Shown here: positions 9,659 through 19,011 of the stretch, piece by piece | Position numbering within the stretch: the stretch's first letter is position 1 | Layout: each line of letters begins with the position of its first letter | DNA from: an uncultured Chloroflexia bacterium | GTDB lineage: Bacteria; Chloroflexota; Limnocylindria; Limnocylindrales; CSP1-4 | DNA length: 64,000 bases | NCBI GenBank assembly: GCA_963768655.1 | Contig: CAVYIM010000003.1 | Location: forward strand, 256,001-320,000 | Reading direction: 5' to 3' | Program-made: the position numbers and the translations under genes | The notes under the pieces: model-generated | Seen by the model: the letters and a program-made list of their open reading frames with translations, nothing else | What the model was told of the DNA's origin: nothing | Database searches by the model: none

Positions 9659-10303
9659 TCACCGGATCGTGGGCTGCAGCAGGTTCCAGGGCAGGAAGTC
9701 CAGCGCGAAAACCAGGAGGACCGAGAGGGAGACGAGCAACGACAACAACTGCGGAACCTGCCAACCGATTGCGGGGAGGAGTATCTCGGCCATGCAGCTG
9801 GTAACCAGGCCGAATTGGGCCAACAGGCCGAGCTTATCGAGCAGGCGATGTCGGCGGGCCCAATCGCCGCGCCAATCACTGATGCGGACGCCGGTGCGTT
9901 CCATGGCGCTCACGAAGGATGCGGTCTGCCACGGCCAGAGCACCATCGAAGGCCCTTTCGGCCGTAGTTGCCAGCCTCGGCTGTGTTCGTGGACGAACTC
10001 CACCTGTGGCCCCAGAGTCATTACCAGGTATGGCTCGCTGCCCGGCTTGGAGAGCCAACCCCGACGTCGGAGATCGTGTCCCGCCACAGTCCACTCTGTG
10101 GTCGTTGCTGCGTTCAAGAGCGCGATCCCTATTGCGAAGAGCGGACCCAGGGCAGGTGCCCATCCGGGCAAACCGATAGCCTGGGCGAACGACAGACCGG
10201 CAAGGCAGCCGAATGCCGCGGCCAGGCCAACGCCAGCTGAGAAGCCTCGGGGCGTGCGCGCATCCAACCTGACCAGCGCCGTCGTGCTTGTTGAGTCGGC
10301 CAC
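9659..10303 (-). CDS. Hypothetical 4-TM membrane protein, paralog of 49064-49744 and 49769-50437
   Basis: Shared motifs TEWT..G..LRRRGWLS.PGSEP, LGP, DWRGDWARRHR, DFLPW. Confidence 0.8.
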   Translation of the reverse strand: MADSTSTTALVRLDARTPRGFSAGVGLAAAFGCLAGLSFAQAIGLPGWAPALGPLFAIGIALLNAATTTEWTVAGHDLRRRGWLSKPGSEPYLVMTLGPQVEFVHEHSRGWQLRPKGPSMVLWPWQTASFVSAMERTGVRISDWRGDWARRHRLLDKLGLLAQFGLVTSCMAEILLPAIGWQVPQLLSLLVSLSVLLVFALDFLPWNLLQPTIR

Positions 10304-10420
10304 CTCACCCTCCCGCTCGCCATCGTGCCGGCGTGTGGTGATGTGCTAGAGGTTAGCATCGGTTCCCGCGCCGGTTGAGTCCGCCCGGGACGCTGCCGAA
10401 GGCCTGGGTTCACTGGGCTT

Positions 10421-10487
10421 CGGCGTAGTACCCCAGCCCTAGTGAATCCGTTGGTGGGTGCACCCTCAAGGCCGCTTGGGGGTACCA
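10421..10487. other. attR-like junction: left arm joined at CC to an exact tRNA-Glu 3' end
   Basis: CGGCGTAGTACCCCAGCCCTAGTGAATCCGTTGGTGGGTGCACCCTCAAGG|CC|GCTTGGGGGTACCA; imperfect dyad ACCCTCAAG/CTTGGGGGT centred on the CC. Confidence 0.85.
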
Positions 10488-11209
10488 AGCCCGCGCTCGG
10501 CGCATCGACCCTGGATCTGCCCCTTCCTGCCCGCGCGTCCTTCAGCGTGAGATCAGGGCTCCAAGCCCGGTGACGTTGCCGATCTCGACGCGCCGGGGCT
10601 CTCCGTGGGGACACGGGCACCCCAGGCAGGCTCTCCATCGCCCTGGCGTAGTACGCGAGCCCGCAGAACGAGCCCCTTGGGGCACCAGCCGCAGATATTC
10701 GACGCACTACACTCGCAACTCTCGGAGCCTGGAGGGAGGGAACGTCGATGGCCCGGCTCGTGTTCGTGGTCCTGATCGCGATCAGTCTCGCTGGGTGCGG
10801 CAGTAGTGGAGTGCCGACCCGCACTCCCTACCCGCTGCCGTCTGGAGCGCTTGCTGTCGCCCTGCCGACGCAGCCGCCCGCCACGACCCCTATTCCATCG
10901 GGCGGTTTTGCGTGTCCGCTCGTTGGCCCCGACCACGTCGCAGTCGTCTGGGACAGGGCGGCACACGCGATCTCGTTCACCTTCGATCTCTGGGGCGAGA
11001 ACGCACAGGCGACGACGATCCTCTGGCCGCGCGGCTTCTCCGCCCGCGAGTACAAAGGACGGCTTGAACTCGTGGCGCCTGACGGCTCGGTCGTCGCCCG
11101 TGATGGCGAGGCCGTCCCGAACGTGATCGGCGACGACCCAGCACACGTTTGCATGGTCGATGGCGTGCAGTACCAACCGGCGGGCTAAAGAGGGCAAGGC
11201 GCACTGCCG
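10472..11209 (+). repeat. ~735-bp direct repeat copy 2
   Basis: Matches 8768-9502. Confidence 0.95.
10748..11188 (+). CDS. Putative lipoprotein, copy 2
   Basis: Same protein as 9042-9482 except one L>Q change. Confidence 0.8.
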   Translation: MARLVFVVLIAISLAGCGSSGVPTRTPYPLPSGALAVALPTQPPATTPIPSGGFACPLVGPDHVAVVWDRAAHAISFTFDLWGENAQATTILWPRGFSAREYKGRLELVAPDGSVVARDGEAVPNVIGDDPAHVCMVDGVQYQPAG

Positions 11210-11289
11210 TGTGCTTGCCGAGCGCCAGGCGACCAGCCGCCAGGACGACCTCAAGGTTCGAGCAGCCAGAACCCTGAGTTCTTCGATGC

Positions 11290-11985
11290 CTAGCTGCGAC
11301 CCTCGGCAGTTGGGCCTTCCGATGCGTCCCTGCTGAGCCCAAAGAGCCCGCCGGCGACCAGAAGGAGCCAGATGATCAGGAGCAGGTAGCCAGCGCCAAA
11401 GAGAGCAGCAACGATGGCGAGTGGAGGAGTGAGCGGAGGAACAGAACCGGCGCAGACATCGCCAGTGGCCAGGAGAGCGCCTGCGACTACGCCCGCGTAC
11501 GCGAGCCTCCTGGAGAAGACGGCTCTTCTGAGCATGACGATCGAGATGATGAGCACCGCACCGAGCACGCCTGTGCGGCCCGCGGATCTGGTCGCCACGA
11601 ACAGCGCTATGCCTGTGAACGGGCTCGTCGCGGCCACGAACAGGACGACCAACCAGATGATCCTGTCGCGCCTCAGGGCAGCAAAGAGGCTGACGCACAC
11701 CAGCCCGGCGAGCACGAGGATCGCGAGGTCCAGGCCATTCACGAGGTGCAGTTGGCCGAGCTGATCTCCGCCGTATCCGGCAAGCAGCTTGAAGATGACG
11801 ACGAGCCAGTTGTTCTGGAGGGGCAGGGACCAGCCATTGGTCGTGCCAGGCGAAAGAGCCGTCCCGACCAGACCCAAGAGGCCGACGAGCAGCAGCGCTG
11901 TGACCACGAGGGCGGCCGCGCCGCCAATCCTGTAGAGCCACGTCAAGCGGGCATCCGCACCTTCGTTTCCAGAGGTCTGGGTCAT
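11290..11985 (-). CDS. Multi-pass membrane protein (DUF4386-like)
   Basis: About six hydrophobic helices; LYRIGGAAAL start; RRAVFSRRLAYAGVVAG; family call is by resemblance only. Confidence 0.65.
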   Translation of the reverse strand: MTQTSGNEGADARLTWLYRIGGAAALVVTALLLVGLLGLVGTALSPGTTNGWSLPLQNNWLVVIFKLLAGYGGDQLGQLHLVNGLDLAILVLAGLVCVSLFAALRRDRIIWLVVLFVAATSPFTGIALFVATRSAGRTGVLGAVLIISIVMLRRAVFSRRLAYAGVVAGALLATGDVCAGSVPPLTPPLAIVAALFGAGYLLLIIWLLLVAGGLFGLSRDASEGPTAEGRS

Positions 11986-12224
11986 GATCCCTCACGTCTG
12001 TCATTTCCCGACGTGCCACGGCAGTCTAGCTGGCGGGGCGGACCGGGCAGTCCTTGCGGCCCCCGGCGATTCGACTCTGGTCGTGTGCGGAAGGTTCGCG
12101 ATCCAGCGTGGCTCGACCGTTCAGGGCATCAACGACGCCTTGTTCGCACGATCGCGGCGTCGTGACGAGGGTGCGACGCAATCAACGCAAGTCCCCGCTT
12201 CTGCCAATTCAACGGGAGATCCGG

Positions 12225-12953
12225 CTAGAGAATGCATCCATAACAGCCGGCGGGTGAAGTGGCGACGATTGCGACCAGCGATCCGCCCTTGCTGTTGATG
12301 GCCTGCAGGACGATGGTCTGGACGTCGGGGCCGTATCCGGGAAGCGAGCCGAGCGAAAAGTCCCCTTCGCCGCCGTCTTCAGCGAGCACGAAGGAGAAGG
12401 AGCGGGCGGAGGCCGGAGCGGTGCCCAAGAGCAGCAGCGCCGCTTTCGGGATCATGTCGCCGTTCACCATGCACTTGGCGTTCGGATTGGCTGCGGTCGC
12501 ACTGTGGAGGCACCCGGTGACGGCATAGACCCGGATCGTGACGCCGCTCGGATTAACTTCATGCCAGACGACGCGCAGCCAAGCGCACCCCTCGTCCTGA
12601 TTCAGGGGAGTGCATGGTTCGCTGGGATAACTCAGCCCGACCCGCGTGGGTATGGCGGGCGCAGCTGGGCCGGCCGGAGCGATGGATGGCTGTGGGGCCG
12701 GCGCGTAGGTCACGTCCGGGACAGCCGACGGCGTCGTGGTGGGGCTTGCCTGCTCGGTCGGGCTCGGCAGCGCTGGGGTCGGTGATGCCGACGGACTAGG
12801 CGACGCAGGAAGCGGGGCCGTCGGACCGGGACTGGCAGGAGTCGCTCGGATCTCAGGGGTCGGTGTGGTCACCTGAGTGTTCGACCCGCACGCCGCCAGC
12901 ATGGACGCCACACACAGCGCCAGGACCAGTGGCACGCTCAGCCTTCGGTCCAT
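12225..12953 (-). CDS. Putative Cys-containing lipoprotein with Pro/Ser/Thr linker
   Basis: GGAGGG RBS; MDRRLSVPLVLALCVASMLAAC lipobox. Confidence 0.7.
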   Translation of the reverse strand: MDRRLSVPLVLALCVASMLAACGSNTQVTTPTPEIRATPASPGPTAPLPASPSPSASPTPALPSPTEQASPTTTPSAVPDVTYAPAPQPSIAPAGPAAPAIPTRVGLSYPSEPCTPLNQDEGCAWLRVVWHEVNPSGVTIRVYAVTGCLHSATAANPNAKCMVNGDMIPKAALLLLGTAPASARSFSFVLAEDGGEGDFSLGSLPGYGPDVQTIVLQAINSKGGSLVAIVATSPAGCYGCIL

Positions 12954-13172
12954 GTCCACCCTCCCTCTGGTTGCCCGGCGAGAAACTCGAGGTGGCTGCT
13001 CAACGGACGGGAGCCCAGGCCTTGATGTGATGTCGAGCCGTGGCTCGAGATGGGCCGCGGTTGCTGACCCTATCACCCGATCATGCGACGCAGACGGGCT
13101 CGCGCTACCTGCAGGCTCAGAGGCTGCCTACAGCGGTGACTACTCCTCTCGCCCCGAAAGCGCCCGGCGGTC

Positions 13173-14972
13173 CTACGCCTGGGCGATTACCCCGATCGAG
13201 ATCCGAAAACCGGCGCGGCGCTGCAGCGGAGGCATCAGGGTTCCTTGACCAACCAGCGCGTCGGCCGGGAACCAGCGCACCCATTCCTTGTTGAACGCGT
13301 CGAACTCTGCCGCGTCGCGCAACGACCAGCTTGCCCAGACCACTTTGTCCAGCGAGCTTCCCTCGGCCTCAAGCCTCGCTTTCAGGTTGCGTAGGCACTG
13401 GCTTGTTTGCTCCCTGATGCCTCCGGCGACAACCCGCCCAGTATCAGGATTGACGGGCCCCATCGACGACACATAGACCATGCCGCCAGCCTTCGTCGCC
13501 CGGCCGTAGCCGAAGGATGCATCAAGTAGCTGAACCCCCTCCCCTGCGGAGAATCTCGCTTTCCCGGGGCGGGCCCGGTCCGGTCGCATGGGATCCTCGG
13601 CAGGGATGCCGAATTCCCCGGGTGGCAGTTGGATCCCGCCTTCCTTGAACTTCTGCATGAAGGTCGGCCGGATCCCGGTTGGCTTGAGCAGCCCTTCGAT
13701 CTTTCCGTCGCGTACGCCGGTCTGCTCGAATGTGAATATGTCCTGGGTGAGGATCTCGTCGTCCTCGATCCCACAGATCTCTGTGATATTGACGACCTTG
13801 CGGGAGCCATCCTTGAGACGGGCTGTATGGACGATCAGGTCGACGGCCGAGGCGATCTGCTCGCGGATCGACCGCAGGGGCAGCTCATAGCCGGCCATGA
13901 GGACCATGGTCTCGATCCGCGCGAGCATGTCTCGCGGGGTGTTGGCATGGCCGGTCGACAGCGATCCGTCGTGGCCGCTGTTCATGGCCTGGAGCATGTC
14001 CAGGGCCTCGCCACCGCGGCACTCGCCGACGATGATTCGATCGGGGCGCATGTGCAGGGCGTTGCGCAACAAGTCGCGAATCGTGATCTGGCCTTCGCCC
14101 TCGAGATTCGCTGGCCGCGACTCGAGGGTCACCACGTGTTCCTGGCGAAGCTGAAGCTCGGCCGCGTCCTCGACAGTGACGATCCGCTCGTCATTGGGAA
14201 TGAACGACGACAGCACGTTCAGGAAGGTCGTCTTGCCCGAGCCGGTACCACCGGAGACGAAGATGTTGAGGCGAGCTTCCACGCAGGCGCCCAGGAAGTC
14301 GAACATCTCGGGCGTGGCCGTGCCGAAGCGGACGAGGTCGTCCACTGTGTAGGGTCTCGCGGAGAATTTCCGGACGGTGATCACCGGTCCGACGAGGGAC
14401 AGCGGCGCGATGATCGCGTTGACCCGCGAGCCATCGGGCAGGCGAGCGTCAACCCTCGGGCTCGACTCGTCGATGCGACGGCCTAGCGGGGCGATGATCC
14501 GGTCGATTATGTGCATGACGTGTTCGTCGTTTCGGAAGACGATGTCGGTCAGCTCGAGCTTGCCTCTGCGCTCGATGTAGACTTGACGCGGTCCGTTGAC
14601 CATGACTTCGGTGATGGTTTCGTCGCGGAGAAGCGGCTCGATCGGCCCGAAGCCCGTGATCTCTGAGAGCACGCTGTCGAGCAGACGCAGACGTTCGTCC
14701 CGTGCAACGGCGAACCCGTTTGCGTCGATGACCTGGTCGACGATCGCTTTGATCTTGCTGTGGACGTCAGCCTCACTGGCGGCGTCACGCAGCGAGTTGG
14801 AAGCGCTGATGACCTGGTCCAGAAGGTGAAGCCTGACGTTGCTCAGGTAATTCTCCCGACCTCCAGCCTGAACATACCTCGGGGCAACCGTAAGCGGGAC
14901 GCGTGCGACCGTACCGGCATTCTGTCTGTCGGCCCCCTGCTGCGCCTGCTCAATCCGCTGGAGGAGGCTCAT
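13173..14972 (-). CDS. CpaF/TadA-type secretion ATPase fused to a C-terminal RidA/YjgF-like domain
   Basis: Walker [18 protein letters not shown] Asp box, [25 protein letters not shown] His box; tail GGMVYVS..GPVNP.TG....GGIREQT.QCL.NL...[12 protein letters not shown]. Confidence 0.9.
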   Translation of the reverse strand: MSLLQRIEQAQQGADRQNAGTVARVPLTVAPRYVQAGGRENYLSNVRLHLLDQVISASNSLRDAASEADVHSKIKAIVDQVIDANGFAVARDERLRLLDSVLSEITGFGPIEPLLRDETITEVMVNGPRQVYIERRGKLELTDIVFRNDEHVMHIIDRIIAPLGRRIDESSPRVDARLPDGSRVNAIIAPLSLVGPVITVRKFSARPYTVDDLVRFGTATPEMFDFLGACVEARLNIFVSGGTGSGKTTFLNVLSSFIPNDERIVTVEDAAELQLRQEHVVTLESRPANLEGEGQITIRDLLRNALHMRPDRIIVGECRGGEALDMLQAMNSGHDGSLSTGHANTPRDMLARIETMVLMAGYELPLRSIREQIASAVDLIVHTARLKDGSRKVVNITEICGIEDDEILTQDIFTFEQTGVRDGKIEGLLKPTGIRPTFMQKFKEGGIQLPPGEFGIPAEDPMRPDRARPGKARFSAGEGVQLLDASFGYGRATKAGGMVYVSSMGPVNPDTGRVVAGGIREQTSQCLRNLKARLEAEGSSLDKVVWASWSLRDAAEFDAFNKEWVRWFPADALVGQGTLMPPLQRRAGFRISIGVIAQA

Positions 14973-15467
14973 GGCCTCCGCCTCCCGTTCCTCTCCTCGG
15001 TCCGATCGCTTCGCGTACGACCACCGAGCGGCGCAGAATCCACCTCATGGAATCACAGCGTCCAGGGAACCGTAGGCGGCTTGGGAGTACCAGTCCAATA
15101 CGACGCCTGACTTAGCCACACACACGGTGCTGGCCGGTCTGGTCAGGCGTGGCCGTGCGCTTCCGGCGGGAGCTGCCCGAGACATCGGCCAAGGCCGAGG
15201 GCGGCAGGGAGCGGCAGATGCTGTCAGCCCCCGTGTTCGACCGGATCGAGTCTTGGGCATGCGCCGGGCGACTGTCTACCCCAGCGCGCGGTCCGCGGTA
15301 GCCTCGCGGCGGCGCTGCCGTCTCAGTTCGATTCACCCGTGAGTGGCCGGTGCGAGAGAGGTCGGGCCTCGGGCCGACCAGCCGATGGCAGCAGGAGATT
15401 GACAGCCGAATGCCCCGATCCGACGGCTTGATCGTGCCGTGGGCCAGGCACGAGAAGCCAGGACCGG

Positions 15468-16040
15468 TCAGGTGGGACCGGCTGTTCCAATCGACGTCGA
15501 TTGATCACCCGCCAGCAACATCTGGGGGACCTCGTGGAACTCAAACCTGCCGCCCTGGCCCATGCTCTCGAAGACCCAGACGAGGTCGTACCGGTCATCG
15601 GCCCAGATCGGGGGCACTCTGGACGTATCCGCGGCGAACATGTTCGCAATCGAAGGGATCAGCTGGTGCTCCCAGGCGATCAGGGCTACCCCATCGATCG
15701 CTCGAACCGCACCAACGAGCTCGCCGACCTGTTCCTTCGGAAAGCGCGAGTCGACAACCAGGCCGAGTCGCTCACCGAGGGGCAGGAGGGTCTCGCGCGG
15801 TCGCTTACTGCTGCTGCCCCCGCCGATCTGGGAGGCAAACAGGTGAGTTGGGGTCGGGAGCTTAGGATCGCGGCCAGCTGACGGATCGGGCACGAGCAGC
15901 CCGACGAGCGCGCCGGCACGCTGCCAGCCGCGCGGCGTCAGGGATTCCGGGTCGGGCGCCCCGTCGACCGTGGCACCGTGGGGCGGACCAACCCCGAGGG
16001 GCTTCTCGGCATGCCTGATCAGCATCACGACGGACGGCAT
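15468..16040 (-). CDS. Histidine-phosphatase (phosphoglycerate mutase)-like protein
   Basis: LIRHAEKP, L..RG.QRA, R..ET..PL, LIAWEH..IP, W.DDRYD; AGGAGG RBS. Confidence 0.75.
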   Translation of the reverse strand: MPSVVMLIRHAEKPLGVGPPHGATVDGAPDPESLTPRGWQRAGALVGLLVPDPSAGRDPKLPTPTHLFASQIGGGSSSKRPRETLLPLGERLGLVVDSRFPKEQVGELVGAVRAIDGVALIAWEHQLIPSIANMFAADTSRVPPIWADDRYDLVWVFESMGQGGRFEFHEVPQMLLAGDQSTSIGTAGPT

Positions 16041-16207
16041 CGCCGACCTCCTTTCGAACGAGCTCACGACGGGCGGGCCGGTCGCCTATCGAGGCCGTCC
16101 GCGAGACAGTTCGGTCTGGGTGGGCTCTGTGTGTTCGCGTCCGGTGTCCTACCTGGCTGCGATCGTGGTCACGATCTTAGCCGCTACCTCCGCGCCCACG
16201 CTTGAGG

Positions 16208-17086
16208 TCAGAGGGAGTTCGCCGGCCGTTCGCCTTCAGGGTCCTTGCGGGTGACCGTGAGATAGCCGACCAGGATGACGATCACGACGGTCAGGACCAC
16301 GGCGATCTCTCCGGTTCCCAGGCCCAGACCGCTGAGATGCCGTGCCTTGCCCGCCCAGTCCGCGAATGAGGCGCCGAAGGGCCGCGTGAGGACGTACGAG
16401 ATCCAGAAGCCCAGGATGGCGTTGAGCCTGAACAGCCGGTAGGCCAGCCACGGCAGGGCGAACATGACGCCGAACATCACGCCCGACGTGAAGTAGCCGA
16501 GGCCCATGGTGCTCGCGGTCATGTCACCCGCGGCAGTTCCGAGGGCGAAGGCGGCCATAACCGTGGCCCAGTAGAACAGCTCGCGGCGTGGCGTGTAGAT
16601 GCTGTGGATCGAGAGGGTCCTCTCGGTCGCATACCAGGCCGCGAAGATGACAGCTAGAGCGAGCGCGAAGAACGTCGTCGACACCACGTATGGGATGCCG
16701 AGCCCGATGTGGAGGACATCGGCGGCCATCGTTCCGAAAACGGCGACCATGACGACGGCCAGCCAGTAGATCCATGGCACGTAGCGCCGGACGAGTAGCT
16801 GCAGCGCCATCGCGATCGCGAGTCCGATGGCCCCGAGGATGACCGCGATTGCCGGATCGATCTGGAAGACAAGGAAGTCCGAGGTCGCCTCGCCCATTGC
16901 GGTGGTCAGGACCTTGATCACCCAGAAGAGAAGCGTGATCTCCGGGACCTTGCTCATCGCCGGCGTTATGCGCGCCCAGAGGAGTGCCGCGCCGTTCCTG
17001 GTGCGCACGTACATAGCGTTCAGCAACGCCGGACGCCCCAACGCTGGCTCAGTGTCGCGAGGGAGCCCTGGCATGGGTCGAGTCAT
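16208..17086 (-). CDS. DUF347-repeat (COG4705-like) membrane protein
   Basis: SKVPEIT..FW..K.LTT.MGE..SD, E.TLSIHSI.T.RRE.FYW, LTRPFGASFADW. Confidence 0.85.
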   Translation of the reverse strand: MTRPMPGLPRDTEPALGRPALLNAMYVRTRNGAALLWARITPAMSKVPEITLLFWVIKVLTTAMGEATSDFLVFQIDPAIAVILGAIGLAIAMALQLLVRRYVPWIYWLAVVMVAVFGTMAADVLHIGLGIPYVVSTTFFALALAVIFAAWYATERTLSIHSIYTPRRELFYWATVMAAFALGTAAGDMTASTMGLGYFTSGVMFGVMFALPWLAYRLFRLNAILGFWISYVLTRPFGASFADWAGKARHLSGLGLGTGEIAVVLTVVIVILVGYLTVTRKDPEGERPANSL

Positions 17087-17200
17087 GGGTCCTTGCACTT
17101 CTGGGTGAGCCGGGGTCGCCGGCGGCGGGCCGTTGGCATTGACCCGATACTATCGCCAACGGCCGATGGCCGGGCTGATTCCTCTGCTAGATCGGCAGCC

Positions 17201-17974
17201 ATGTCCTCGATCGCTCTGGTCACGATCGTCTCGAGCTTCCTTGCGTCAGCCGTCGAGTTCGTGGAAGCGGTCACGATCGTTCTGGCCGTGGGAGTGACAC
17301 GGCAATGGCGCTCGGCCCTCATCGGTGTGGCTACCGCTCTCGTCGCCCTGACGCTTCTGGTGGCGATCTTCGGCACGGCCATCGTGCTGTTCGTCCCTAT
17401 AGACATGGTCCGTCTGGTCGTGGGAGGGTTCCTGCTCATCTACGGCCTGCAGTGGCTCACCAAGGCCGTACTCCGAGCCGCCGGTGCCCGCGCCAAGCAC
17501 GACGAGGCGGCCATCTACGAGCGGGAGATCGCGGAGCTGCGGGCCGAGCCACCCGTGCCGGCTACTGGCATGGACTGGATCAGCTTCACCGTGGCCGCCA
17601 AGGGAGTGCTCCTGGAGGGACTCGAGGTCGCCTTCATCGTAGTCACATTCGGCGCCTCGGCCGGCATGCTTGGCCCCGCGGCAGCGGGCGCAGCCGTTGC
17701 CGGGGCGCTCGTGCTCGGGGTCGCGTTTCTCGTCCACCGACCCTTGGAGGCCGTGCCGGAGAACGCGCTCAAGTTCGCCGTCGGGGTAATGCTGACCGGC
17801 TTTGGTACCTTCTGGGCGGGCGAAGGCGTTGGCATCGACTGGCCGGCTGGGGATGCGACGATCCTCGCTCTCCTGGCGAGCTACGCCGTCCTGGCTCTCG
17901 CCGGCGTCTACGTCGTGCAAGGACGCCTCGCCAACCGACGGCTCCGCGTGGCCGCCGCGAGGCCGGAGCACTGA
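17201..17974 (+). CDS. COG4280-like membrane protein (two ExxE motifs, FTR1-like)
   Basis: LASAVEFVEAVTIVLAVG and GVLLEGLEVAFIV; VPENALKFAVG. Confidence 0.85.
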   Translation: MSSIALVTIVSSFLASAVEFVEAVTIVLAVGVTRQWRSALIGVATALVALTLLVAIFGTAIVLFVPIDMVRLVVGGFLLIYGLQWLTKAVLRAAGARAKHDEAAIYEREIAELRAEPPVPATGMDWISFTVAAKGVLLEGLEVAFIVVTFGASAGMLGPAAAGAAVAGALVLGVAFLVHRPLEAVPENALKFAVGVMLTGFGTFWAGEGVGIDWPAGDATILALLASYAVLALAGVYVVQGRLANRRLRVAAARPEH

Positions 17975-17975
17975 T

Positions 17976-18182
17976 ATGCGCTACGTTCGGTCCTTCTTCG
18001 CCTTCTGGTACGACTTCCTGGTTGGCGATCGTCCGGAACTGTTCGTGGGTCCGGTCTCCGCCTTGTTCCTGGCGTGGCTCGCAGTCCGAGCAGGCGTGTC
18101 GGCTCAGATGACCGGAGGCTTGCTCTTCGTTCTCGTCGCGACCGTCGGCGGCTTGAGCATCGCCTGGGCGATGCGGGAATAG
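17976..18182 (+). CDS. Small membrane protein
   Basis: MRYVRSFFAFWYDFLVGD plus two TM segments; 1 nt after the upstream stop. Confidence 0.75.
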   Translation: MRYVRSFFAFWYDFLVGDRPELFVGPVSALFLAWLAVRAGVSAQMTGGLLFVLVATVGGLSIAWAMRE

Positions 18183-19011
18183 CCTGGCGGCCGGGGCCGC
18201 GGTCGACGCCGTCACGATTACCACATCGTGGGTCGGGCTGCCGGCTGCGGGCGAATTGCGGGCAGAGGTCCTTGCGGACTCACCCGGCAACTCCGGTGGG
18301 CGCGGGCACAATCAGGTACGCGGCAGGCCGCCCTTCGCCAACCTCGTGGTCATGGGGCACCCGGGTCACGAGTCACCGGACGGCGGCAAGCAGTCGCCCT
18401 GGGTCCGGCTGTGCTTTCCGCCACGATTCCGTCTGGGCATTGAGGGCGCCGCTGCGCTATCCGGATGGCGCGTCCGCACCACGCCTGCCGGAATCAGTGT
18501 GTCTCTTGAGGAGCGGTACTCGCGTGCGACCGCGAGTCTCTTCAGCGCGGTGAAGCTTGCCGACGCGGACGGGCAGCATGTCGCTCGTGGCGAAGGCTCG
18601 AAGGTTGGATCGAATTCCAAGCTCATGGCCGAGTTCGAACGTCGGCAGAAGCGCTTGCCGAGCAAGTCCGACGCAATCGGCCCGCGATGTTCGCCTGCAC
18701 TGCCGGTGGCGCGGCCGGAGTCCTCGCGGCCCTGCTGTTGCGCGCTGACCGCGCAGGCGCCTGCGGTCGGCCGCCGTGGCTCCGGTCCCAACTGGTGCTG
18801 GTCTAGCTCGAACCCGGAATTGGTCAAAAACACCCGGCCGGCGCGATAGAAGGCCGCCAGTGGCTCCCCCACAATTAGCCGCGTTTCGACCGGCTGCGGC
18901 TCGGTCGCTTCGCTATCAGTCGCCAGCCGTTGCGTGCGAGGCAGTGGGAGGTCCGGGGTGATTGCACGTATTCCAATTCACGAGAGGACGTCAACAGGAA
19001 GAAGGTCCAAG

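Noticed and set aside
11241-11267. CAGGACGACCTCAAGGTTCGAGCAGCC resembling the tRNA anticodon-arm region
   Set aside because: The alignment needs several gaps and chance cannot be excluded.
12096-12128. TTCGCGATCCAGCGTGGCTCGACCGTTCAGGGC, a weak left-arm look-alike
   Set aside because: Too diverged, and the GTAGTAC part is missing.
18183-19011. Overlapping ORFs in the 800-bp gap before the GH53 gene
   Set aside because: No recognisable motif or convincing start; possibly decayed sequence.
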